Shown here: one piece after another, positions 1 through 6,707 of the stretch
Numbering within the stretch: the stretch's first letter is position 1
Layout of the letters: every line of letters begins with the position of its first letter
Source of the DNA: an uncultured Verrucomicrobiota bacterium
GTDB taxonomy: Bacteria > Verrucomicrobiota > Kiritimatiellia > JAAZAB01
Length of the DNA: 16,259 nucleotides
Assembly (NCBI GenBank): GCA_964515705.1
Contig: CAZEVX010000046.1
Location: forward strand, 592 to 16,850
Direction of reading: 5' to 3'
Position numbers and translations under genes: made by a program
The notes under the pieces: generated by a model
Seen by the model: the letters and a program-made list of their open reading frames with translations, nothing else
Told to the model about the DNA's origin: nothing
Database searches by the model: none

Positions 1-2342
1 TCGGCCTCGGCGGCCAGGGCGGCCAGGCGCTGCTCCTGCTCGCTCAAGGCTTGGGCGCTCTGCTGGAGACTGTCAGCGGCCTGCCGCCAGGCGGCGTGCC
101 AGGAAGCCGATTCGTGGACGGTCAGGCTGCTCGCCGCCGGGAGCGCGGCGAGCACGGCCCGACAGTGTTGCAAGCGGCGCTGCTCCAGGTGTTGCGCGGC
201 GGTCTCCGCCTGTTCGGACAGCGCGCGCACCTGCGTCTGTTCGGCCACCGCCCGGGCGGCGACGTCCGTGAACGAAGCGGCATCGTCCGGCATCGGATAC
301 ATTGCCGCCGCCTCTTTGAAGAGCGCGCAGGCTCGTTCCCAGGCGCCGGCCTGCACGGCGGTCTCCGCCTGTCCGCGGAGATCGGCGGCCTGCTGGCGCA
401 GGGCCGTGAGACGGTCCCGTTCGCGGTCCAGGCGGGCGCGCAGTTCCGCGGGAGACGGCAGCGGCGTGCCGCCGGGCTGCGGCGCCGCCCACTCCGGCGC
501 CCGGGCCTGATCCGTAAGGCCCGCCAGCATTGGTCCGGCGGCGTCCAGGTCGGATAAGGCGTGATCGAACTGGCGGTCGGCCACGCGGCTGGCGGCGCGC
601 GCCGCCAGGTCCGAGGCCTGCCGGTAGCGCAGGGCCTCGGGGATATCCCGGGCAATGATCTGCTCGACGGTGTTGGACAATTCGCTTTGCGGATGGCCAT
701 GGCGTTTCAGAAAGGCGGCCAGGGGGTCGGCGGCCGTGGCGGGCCGGTCGCGCATCCGGGCGCGGGCATCGGCCAGCGCGGCGCGGTAATCCTGTTCCTC
801 GATGCGGCCTTCGATCTCGCGCAAGGCGGTGGCGATCTCGGGGTTGTGCGGGTCGAGGTCCCGGAGTTGGCTCAGCAGCGCGCGCGCCTCCTCAAAACGG
901 TCGTCGGCGCGGGCGCTCGCCGCGTCCGCCTTGAGGGCCTCGAGTTTTCGGAGCGCCTCCTCGGCTGCCCGCCGGAATGCGGCGGCATCGTCGGCTAGTT
1001 TCCGGCCCTTGGGGCCCGGGAGCCGCAGCGCGGCCGGCCACTGGCCGGCTTCCTTCAGCACCCGGCTCCAGCGCTTGGCTTGGGCATGCTCCTGCATCCG
1101 CTGCACGATCTCGATGGCCTTGCCGAAGCCGTCCATTTCCGTGCCGCAGGCCGAGCAGAAGGGCACCTGGATGCGGAACTCGCGGTCGCACTCCGGGCAT
1201 TGCTTGAACAATCCCTGGCCGCAGCCGGCGCAAAACCGCGCGGCCTTGTCGTTCTCGAGGCCGCAGGCGGGGCAGGCGTCCTCGCCGGCGGCCAGGGCGC
1301 CGTGGGGCGCGGCGCGCCGCCCGGCGCGCCCGCCCAGCGTCTCGAGCGCCTGGATCAGTTCGTCGGCGCTGAAGAACCGTTCCTCGGGCTTGGCCTTGAC
1401 GCACTTGAAAATGATGTCCCGCAGACGGGGCGGCGGCGGGATTTTGTCGGGGTCCACCTGGTCGGGGATTTCCCCGGTCACCATTTCGTACAAGGTCTTG
1501 CCGAGGGCGTAGATGTCCGCGGTATGGGTCACGTTCTTGGCGTCGCGCCGCTGCTCGGGCGGCATGTAATAGGGGGTGCCCATCCCGTACCCGGAGATCG
1601 AGAGGGTCGAGTCGCGCCCGGCGCGCGCCAGCCCGAAATCCACGATCTTGGGGATGAGGTCGTCGCCATCCTTCGCCAGCAGGATATTGGCCGGCTTGAG
1701 ATCCCGGTGGATCAGCCCCATGCGGTGGGCGTAGGCCACGCCCTGGGCGACGCCCTTCATCAGGCTGACGGACTCCGGCACCGGCAGCGCGCCGCCGCGC
1801 GCCTTGATCCGGTCGCGGAGCGAACCGCCCTCGACGTACTCCATGACGATATAGAATCCGTCGCTGTCGCGGTTGGTGTCGAAAATGCCGACGATATTAC
1901 GATGGTTCAGCTTGGCGATCAGGAGCGCTTCGTGCTGGAAACGGGCGACGGTCTGGTCCGCCTGTTGGGAAGCCTGCGGGTCGGGCAGCAGGCGCTTGAT
2001 CGCGACCAGCCGGTCCAGGTGCCGGTCGTGCGCCTTGTACACCACGGCAAACCCGCCGCGGCCGATTTCGGACAGAATCTCGTAGCGCGCCGAGAGCGGG
2101 GCGCCGGACGTCGCCGACGCCTGGCCGGGCAAGCCGGGAACCACGAGCGTCGGCCGCTTGCCCACCGAAACCGGTCCGATCCCGGAGCCGGCCGGCTGTT
2201 CGGGAATGGTCCGAGCGGCTCCCACCCCGGAAGGGCTGGCTTCCGCTTCCGATGGCCGCGAGGCGCTGGACAGCGGCCGTCCGCACTCGTGGCAGAACTT
2301 GGCCTTGTCCGGAATCTCGGAGCGGCACTGGGGGCAGATCAT
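1..2342 (-). CDS. Hanks-type Ser/Thr protein kinase with an N-terminal zinc ribbon, an internal double zinc ribbon and a C-terminal alpha-helical (TPR/coiled-coil-like) region. The 3' end runs off the window start.
   Basis: Reverse-strand translation from the ATG at 2342 (revcomp of CAT 2340-2342). The N-terminus is MICPQCRSEIPDKAKFCHECGRPL (zinc ribbon). The kinase domain carries a Gly loop (GRGGFAVVY), catalytic Lys (VAIKRL), catalytic loop (HRDLKPANILL), DFGLA, and GTPYYMPPEQ. Further downstream is CPACG..FCAGCGQ..CPECD..FCSACG (double zinc ribbon), followed by a long Ala/Arg/Glu/Leu-rich helical region with no stop to position 1. The ORF is absent from the supplied track because it has no in-window stop. 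Confidence 0.85.
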   Translation of the reverse strand, partial: MICPQCRSEIPDKAKFCHECGRPLSSASRPSEAEASPSGVGAARTIPEQPAGSGIGPVSVGKRPTLVVPGLPGQASATSGAPLSARYEILSEIGRGGFAVVYKAHDRHLDRLVAIKRLLPDPQASQQADQTVARFQHEALLIAKLNHRNIVGIFDTNRDSDGFYIVMEYVEGGSLRDRIKARGGALPVPESVSLMKGVAQGVAYAHRMGLIHRDLKPANILLAKDGDDLIPKIVDFGLARAGRDSTLSISGYGMGTPYYMPPEQRRDAKNVTHTADIYALGKTLYEMVTGEIPDQVDPDKIPPPPRLRDIIFKCVKAKPEERFFSADELIQALETLGGRAGRRAAPHGALAAGEDACPACGLENDKAARFCAGCGQGLFKQCPECDREFRIQVPFCSACGTEMDGFGKAIEIVQRMQEHAQAKRWSRVLKEAGQWPAALRLPGPKGRKLADDAAAFRRAAEEALRKLEALKADAASARADDRFEEARALLSQLRDLDPHNPEIATALREIEGRIEEQDYRAALADARARMRDRPATAADPLAAFLKRHGHPQSELSNTVEQIIARDIPEALRYRQASDLAARAASRVADRQFDHALSDLDAAGPMLAGLTDQARAPEWAAPQPGGTPLPSPAELRARLDRERDRLTALRQQAADLRGQAETAVQAGAWERACALFKEAAAMYPMPDDAASFTDVAARAVAEQTQVRALSEQAETAAQHLEQRRLQHCRAVLAALPAASSLTVHESASWHAAWRQAADSLQQSAQALSEQEQRLAALAAEA

Positions 2343-2387
2343 GGTCGTTTCCGCGGGCGGGGCGCCGGGCGCGCCCCGTCGAGGGTC

Positions 2388-3587
2388 CTAGCGGCGCCGC
2401 GTTCTGCCAAAGACCGCCTCGGACAGGCGCGCGGCATCCACGGACACGGTGCGGCTGTCCCGCGCCACGGCGTGCTGTTCGAGGGTTAGGGTCAGCGTGG
2501 CGTTGGTCGTGCGCGACAGCCGGTCGGCCAGGTCCACGATCGAAATCCGGGCCGTTCCGGCGTCGTCCAGGGGCTGCCGCGCCGACCACGAGGCGTCCGG
2601 CAGCGACACGACGACGTCAAACGCGCCGAACGCCGGCGGGTCTTCCTGCGTTTGCGGCGGACCGGTTTCCGACAGCACCGCGCCCGTATCCAGCACGGTC
2701 TCGTAGGATCGCAACGCGAACAGGTCCGCGGTGGCGGCGATCCCGTCATAGGTCAGCGTCAGCGGCGTCTTGGCCACGTCCACGGCAAAGGCGCCCGCCA
2801 TCAGGGCGGAATCGGCGGCAAGCACGACGGTGTCCTTGGCGACATCGCCGGGGATTGCCACCAGGGTTGGGGGCAGGTCCACGGCGTAAATCACGCAGTC
2901 AATGGGAGGGCTCAAGGCGAGCACGACCGGGTCCTTCAGGCAGTTGATCGAGTATGCCATGGCGTCCTTGTTGCCCATGGCGGCGCCGACCAGGCTGAAC
3001 GGCAGCCCGATTTCGGCCAAGAGCCCGGGAATGCTGGCTCCCCATTCGCCGCTGAGAGTCAGGGGAAAGACATAGGATTCCAGTTCGCCATCGGACGTCC
3101 ACAACTTGCCGAAGAGGTGTTTGTCCGAGTCGAGCAGCGCGCGCGTCAGCCGCATGCCCATGTGATCGGTCAGCCAGAAGGCCCCGGTCCGGCTCCAGAT
3201 CGGGAAAAGACCGATGCCCCGGCACGCCTGCATGCCGGTCAGCCGTGGGAAGGTCACGTCGCCCAGGGTCCGCCGCCGCTGCACGCGCTCGACCTTGTAG
3301 TCGGAGACCTCCTGCCAGGTGGTGCAATTCGTGCCGGCGGCGGTCACCAGCAGGGATGGCGGCGCGGTCGCGTAGTCCACGTCGGCCAGCGCCAGGCTGA
3401 TGTTGGTGTGGACCATCTCGTTCGTGCGCTGGCAGGAGACGCGCTCGCCCTTGCGGGGCGGGGAACACGTCGTGCAGCCGGCCGCGAACGCCAGGCAGGC
3501 CATCCCGAAGAGCACGCCGATCCAAGCATGTGACGCGCCGGTATCCCGATCGCCGTTCCTGGCAATGTTCGTGCCGCCGCGATGCAT
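2388..3587 (-). CDS. Hypothetical lipoprotein.
   Basis: 399-aa ORF. The N-terminus has a hydrophobic stretch ending in the lipobox-like LAFAAGC|TTCS. No other family is recognisable by eye. The start is uncertain (the ATG at 3587, or an internal or alternative start). It lies 45 nt upstream of the kinase gene on the same strand. Confidence 0.6.
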   Translation of the reverse strand: MHRGGTNIARNGDRDTGASHAWIGVLFGMACLAFAAGCTTCSPPRKGERVSCQRTNEMVHTNISLALADVDYATAPPSLLVTAAGTNCTTWQEVSDYKVERVQRRRTLGDVTFPRLTGMQACRGIGLFPIWSRTGAFWLTDHMGMRLTRALLDSDKHLFGKLWTSDGELESYVFPLTLSGEWGASIPGLLAEIGLPFSLVGAAMGNKDAMAYSINCLKDPVVLALSPPIDCVIYAVDLPPTLVAIPGDVAKDTVVLAADSALMAGAFAVDVAKTPLTLTYDGIAATADLFALRSYETVLDTGAVLSETGPPQTQEDPPAFGAFDVVVSLPDASWSARQPLDDAGTARISIVDLADRLSRTTNATLTLTLEQHAVARDSRTVSVDAARLSEAVFGRTRRR

Positions 3588-3640
3588 ACACTACCGCCCT
3601 CCAGGCGCAGACAGGAATCCCTCGGCCGCTCCGCGGACCC

Positions 3641-4747
3641 TCACCCGAAGCGCTGTTCGCGGAAGCGCTCGTATTGCTTCATCAGGCCGGGGGTGATCGA
3701 GGCCGGGATGTTGCGCAGGGCGGCCTGCAGGTCCTGCTCGCGCACGACCGGCGCGCTGTCGTCCTTCACGCAGCGCCCGAGCGCGGCGCGCTTGGCGGCG
3801 TTGACGATCCCCACGATGTCGCTGCCGGTATAGCCCTCGAGGCGGTCGGCCCAGGCCTCGAGGCCGATCTCCGGCTCGCGCGGCGCGTCCTTCAGGCTGG
3901 AGGACAGGATGCCCAGGCGCGCGGCGCGGTCGGGCGGCGGGATGAAAATCTTCTCGTCGAAGCGCCCGGTGCGGAAGACGGCCTCGTCAATCTCCCAGGG
4001 CTTGTTGGTGGCGCCGAGCAGCAGCAGCACGTTGGCGCTATCCTCGAACCCGCCGACTTCCGCCAGGAACTGCACCACGATGCGGTTGTCCACCACGGAG
4101 TTGCCGCCGCGGCGCGGCAGCAGGCCGTCGACGTCGTCGAAAAACAGGACCGCCAGCGGGTGTTCGCGGGCGGCTTTCACCAGCAGGCGCAGTTTCTGCT
4201 CCGATTCCCCGTGCCACTTCGAGCGGATTTGCGCGCCGGACGCATAGTAGAAGGGCGCGTCCAGTTCGTGCGCGATGGCCTTGCCGAGGGTGGTCTTGCC
4301 GTTGCCGGGCGGCCCGTAGAGCAGCACGCCGCCGCCGGCCTTGAGGCCCAGCGCCTTGGCCTTCTCGAGCGCTTGCAGCGGATAAATCACCATCTCGCGG
4401 ATGGTCCGCTTGGCGTCTTCCATCCCGGCGATCATCGCGAACGTCTCGGCCGCCGGGGCGTCGCCGGGGGCGGCGGCCGGCTCGCGGGCGGTGCCGGGCG
4501 GCGCTCCGGCGGGGGCGGTGCGCGGCGGCGCGGCCTTCAGGCGCGCGGCGATCTCGAGCCAGCCGTCGGCCTCGTCGGCATAGCGCTGGGCGATGGCGCC
4601 GTCGGTCTGGCTGGCCAGGGCCAGGGCGAACTCGGCGGCCTTGGCGGCGTGGAAGACCGCCTCGCGCGGGCGTCCGCCGCGGATCAGGGTCTCGCAGCGC
4701 GCCTCATGCTCGCGCTTCTTGTCGAGGAGGAAGCTCATGAGATGCAT
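3641..4747 (-). CDS. Vps4/CdvC-like AAA+ ATPase (meiotic clade) with an N-terminal MIT-like domain.
   Basis: 368 aa. The N-terminal ~75 aa (REAVFHAAKAAEFALALASQT...AIAQRYADEADGWLEIAARLK) resembles the MIT three-helix bundle of Vps4. A Pro/Ala-rich linker follows. The AAA cassette has Walker A (GPPGNGKT) and Walker B (VLFFDDVD). The meiotic-clade signatures SKWHGESE and GATNKPWEIDEAVFRTGRFDEKIFIPPPD are present (cf. Vps4 [35 protein letters not shown]). The C-terminus (MKQYERFREQRFG) resembles the Vps4 C-terminal helix (LLKQEQFTRDFG). Confidence 0.85.
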   Translation of the reverse strand: MHLMSFLLDKKREHEARCETLIRGGRPREAVFHAAKAAEFALALASQTDGAIAQRYADEADGWLEIAARLKAAPPRTAPAGAPPGTAREPAAAPGDAPAAETFAMIAGMEDAKRTIREMVIYPLQALEKAKALGLKAGGGVLLYGPPGNGKTTLGKAIAHELDAPFYYASGAQIRSKWHGESEQKLRLLVKAAREHPLAVLFFDDVDGLLPRRGGNSVVDNRIVVQFLAEVGGFEDSANVLLLLGATNKPWEIDEAVFRTGRFDEKIFIPPPDRAARLGILSSSLKDAPREPEIGLEAWADRLEGYTGSDIVGIVNAAKRAALGRCVKDDSAPVVREQDLQAALRNIPASITPGLMKQYERFREQRFG

Positions 4748-4750
4748 TCA

Positions 4751-4802
4751 GCGGAGGAGAGGAAAGGCGCTCGCGGAGGCGCGGAGGCGCGGAGGCGCGG
4801 AG
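4751..4802 (+). repeat. Copy of the short GC-rich interspersed repeat (GCGCTCGCGGAGGCGCGGAG with a tandem GCGGAGGC x3).
   Basis: It matches copies at 7444-7477, 14317-14372 and 15971-16146. It sits just upstream of the Vps4-like start codon. Confidence 0.7.
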
Positions 4803-4806
4803 CCGA

Positions 4807-5052
4807 TTATAAATGATTGACAACACGTTTGATGCCATCCTTCACGACGGGCACATTGAAGTTGATCAGAAGCCCCGGGTTTTTATTGGCAAGTTTCAGA
4901 TACGTATGCAATTGCAAAACAAACACGGGCGCCAGTTCCGCAACGGGTCCCAGTTCGCGATGTACGTCGATGGCGCAGCCGATAATCCGGCTGGCTATCA
5001 TATTCTCGGGTTTTCCCGTATGAGTTAGTGATTTCACCCCTCTCCGCGTCAC
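4807..5052 (-). pseudogene. Internally deleted GxxExxY / PD-(D/E)XK_3 family protein remnant.
   Basis: The translation ENMIASRIIGCAIDVHRELGP is joined directly to VAELAPVFVLQLHTYLKLANKNPGLLINFNVPVVKDGIKRVVNHL. These match the N-terminal (..VHRELGPGLLESVYE..) and C-terminal (..VHKAQLLTYLKLSGLKLGLLINFNxxLLKDGIKRIVN) ends of GxxExxY proteins. About 60 central residues are missing, including the GxxExxY and catalytic motifs. The track's M is a GTG at 5052 inside the flanking repeat. The real start is probably near 5001. Confidence 0.65.
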
Positions 5053-5088
5053 CGCGAGTTCATTCCTCTTCTCCGCATCTCCGCGAGA
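5037..5088 (-). repeat. Inverted copy of the interspersed repeat (revcomp GATCTCGCGGAGATGCGGAGAAGAGGAATGAACTCGCGGTGACGCGGAGAGGGG).
   Basis: The reverse complement shares GCGGAGAAGAGGAATGAACTCGCGG with the copy at 16106-16130. It abuts the stop codon of the ESCRT-III gene (5089-5091). Confidence 0.7.
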
Positions 5089-5718
5089 TCACTTCCCATC
5101 CAGCAACTTCTTCACCCGCTCCTGGCCGTCCGCCAGCCGGCTGTCGAGCGCGCCGCCGGCCCGGGCGGCGGCGGCGCCGCCGACGTCGGCGGCGACTTCC
5201 TGCTCGAGTTGCCGGCTGAGTTCTTCCATGCTCGGGATATGATCCTCGAGGGCGGCGGCGGCGCCTTCGGTCTCCTTGCCGTAGAGTTTTTCCCAGAAGC
5301 GGTCGGCGTCTACCTGCTCGCCGAGCAGGTCCTGGGCCTCCTCGAAGACGTCGGCCACCTGTTCGGGGTCGATCTTGACGACCTGGTTGATGCGCTGGAG
5401 CGCGTCGGAAAACTGCTGGTCGGACTCCGCCGCCTGGAGCTTGGTGTAATACTGCTCGAAGACCCAGCGTTTCTGTTCGAGCTTGGTCATCAGCACCTGC
5501 GCGGCGCGGTAACTGATCAGGGCGCGCTGGGCGGCGGCTTTCTGGCCGGCCGTCATCGCCGCGCGCGCCTGGTCCCATTGCTTCTTGGAGTCGCGGTCCA
5601 TCTGCTTGACGCGGTCCTTGACGGTCTCGATGGCGTTCTCGGCCTGGCGGAAGGCGTGCCGCCGTTCCTTGCGCGCGTCGCGCGCGCGCTCTTTCTTGGA
5701 CTTGAAGAGGTGGGTCAT
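5089..5718 (-). CDS. ESCRT-III / Snf7 (CHMP)-family protein.
   Basis: 209 aa. It has a basic N-terminus (MTHLFKSKKERARDARKERR, cf. Snf7/CHMP MGLFGKxxK...) and a helical hairpin rich in K/Q/A. The acidic alpha4-5 signature VVKIDPEQVADVFEEAQDLLGEQVD resembles Snf7 DIDKVDETMDEIREQVELGDEISDA. The acidic C-terminal tail ends ..LDSRLADGQERVKKLLDGK. A strong SD (AAAGGAG) lies 6 nt upstream of the ATG. Confidence 0.8.
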   Translation of the reverse strand: MTHLFKSKKERARDARKERRHAFRQAENAIETVKDRVKQMDRDSKKQWDQARAAMTAGQKAAAQRALISYRAAQVLMTKLEQKRWVFEQYYTKLQAAESDQQFSDALQRINQVVKIDPEQVADVFEEAQDLLGEQVDADRFWEKLYGKETEGAAAALEDHIPSMEELSRQLEQEVAADVGGAAAARAGGALDSRLADGQERVKKLLDGK

Positions 5719-5759
5719 GGGTCGGCTCCTTTCGGGCGGGCCGCGGCGGACGCCGCGCG

Positions 5760-6701
5760 CTATCCGTCGGTCTTGTCCGGGGATTCGGGCCGCGGCGCCG
5801 GGTCGCTTGCCGGCGGCGTCTCCTTGGCCGCGGGCGTGTCGAACCCGGCCAACTCCTGTTCGAGGGCGCTGGCGGCGGCGGGCGTCTCGAAGTCCGCCAG
5901 TTGCTCCCGGAACGCCTCGCGGTCGGACTCGCGCTCGCGCCGGCGCCCGGCGCGCTCCAGGTCGCGCGCGGCGTCGGCGCGGTCTTCGGCCTCCTGGACC
6001 TTGTCCTCGACGTCGTCAATCAAGTCATCGATCGCCGCGTCCTTGACGCCGGCCATGCCGTAGGCCATGACCTCGAGCATGCGCCCCTTGACCTGGGCGA
6101 GGGTGCGCTCGTTTTCGAGCAGGACCGTCAGTTCGCGTTCCGTGGCCTTGTAGGCGGCCAGCAGCGTCTGGAGTTCGGCCTCCAGCAGGCGCTTGCGGGC
6201 GGGCGGCGCGGTCTCGTAGACCTTCTTCTTGGCGGCGATCTCCTGGAAGCGGGTGTCGAGGGTCGTTGACAAGGCGGTGCGCCGCGCCGCGTTGGCGGCG
6301 GCGGCGCTCTCGATCGTCTGCAGCATGGCCTGCGGGGATTTGTCCTGGTGCAGTTTGCGGAACAGGGTCAGCGCGCCGGCGCCCAGTTTCCGGGTCAGGC
6401 GCAGGGTTTCCTGCATGGCGGCCTTGAGCTTGGCGGGGTCCGGCTTGGGCGCCGCCGGCCCGGCGGGCGGAAGCGCGTCTGTCGGAGCGTTCACGGGGTC
6501 CTCCTTGTCCGGCGGCGACGCCGGCGCCGCCGCCGGCGCCGGGCGGGCGTCCGGTTCCCGGTATCCGTGGGCCGGGCAGAGCCGGTTGCCGCGATGCCAA
6601 TGTAGCGCGCAGAACGGCTGGGCGCAATCCGGATGTTGGCAGCGGCCGGCGACGGCATACCGGCTGGGCAAAGGCTTGCCGCAGACACCGCAGGTGTCCA
6701 T
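5760..6701 (-). CDS. ESCRT-III / Snf7-family protein fused to an N-terminal Cys/His zinc finger (AN1/MYND/HIT-like spacing).
   Basis: 313 aa. The N-terminal C4-x2-C7-x13-C21-x4-C26-x4-C31-x2-H34-x-H36-x5-C42-x2-H45 is a Pro/Ala-rich linker. A Snf7-like core follows (..KKKVYETAPPARKRLLEAELQTLLAAYKATERELTVLLENERTLAQVKGRMLEVMAYGMAGVKDAAIDDLIDDVEDKVQEAEDRADA). Compare CHMP MDIDKIDDLMQDIADQQELAEEIS. The C-terminal tail has two LA[DG]F[ED]TPAA motifs and a Pro-rich end. The start is 6 nt after the OMP stop. Confidence 0.75.
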   Translation of the reverse strand: MDTCGVCGKPLPSRYAVAGRCQHPDCAQPFCALHWHRGNRLCPAHGYREPDARPAPAAAPASPPDKEDPVNAPTDALPPAGPAAPKPDPAKLKAAMQETLRLTRKLGAGALTLFRKLHQDKSPQAMLQTIESAAAANAARRTALSTTLDTRFQEIAAKKKVYETAPPARKRLLEAELQTLLAAYKATERELTVLLENERTLAQVKGRMLEVMAYGMAGVKDAAIDDLIDDVEDKVQEAEDRADAARDLERAGRRRERESDREAFREQLADFETPAAASALEQELAGFDTPAAKETPPASDPAPRPESPDKTDG

Positions 6702-6707
6702 GGCGCG

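Noticed and set aside
2358-2378. A GC hairpin (8-bp stem CGGGGCGC / GCGCCCCG, 5-nt loop) between the lipoprotein and kinase genes, and hairpins at 16051-16072 and 16190-16211, as intrinsic terminators.
   Set aside because: There is no downstream U/T tract. Such palindromes are frequent by chance at this GC content. The first lies only 16 nt upstream of a co-directional start codon, so if anything it is a translational modulator, which is unproven.
51-2489. Track ORFs on the plus strand (51-557, 561-998, 802-1512, 1080-2489), and minus-strand ORFs in other frames (122-700, 892-1404, 1897-2589).
   Set aside because: They lie antisense or out-of-frame to a clearly recognisable kinase gene (1-2342, minus). 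Their translations are Ala/Arg/Gly/Pro low-complexity typical of open frames in 70% GC DNA, with no domain signatures.
3530-4816. 428-aa plus-strand ORF antisense to the Vps4-like gene.
   Set aside because: The minus-strand frame carries unambiguous Walker A/B and Vps4-clade signatures. The plus-frame product has no motifs.
5028-5219. ORF encoding a poly-Arg run (RRRRRRRRR), and the GCC/GGC simple repeats at 5150-5200 and 6520-6550.
   Set aside because: They are alternative-frame readings of Ala/Gly-rich linker codons (GCC GCC GGC) inside the ESCRT-III genes. They are not an independent gene or a microsatellite of interest.
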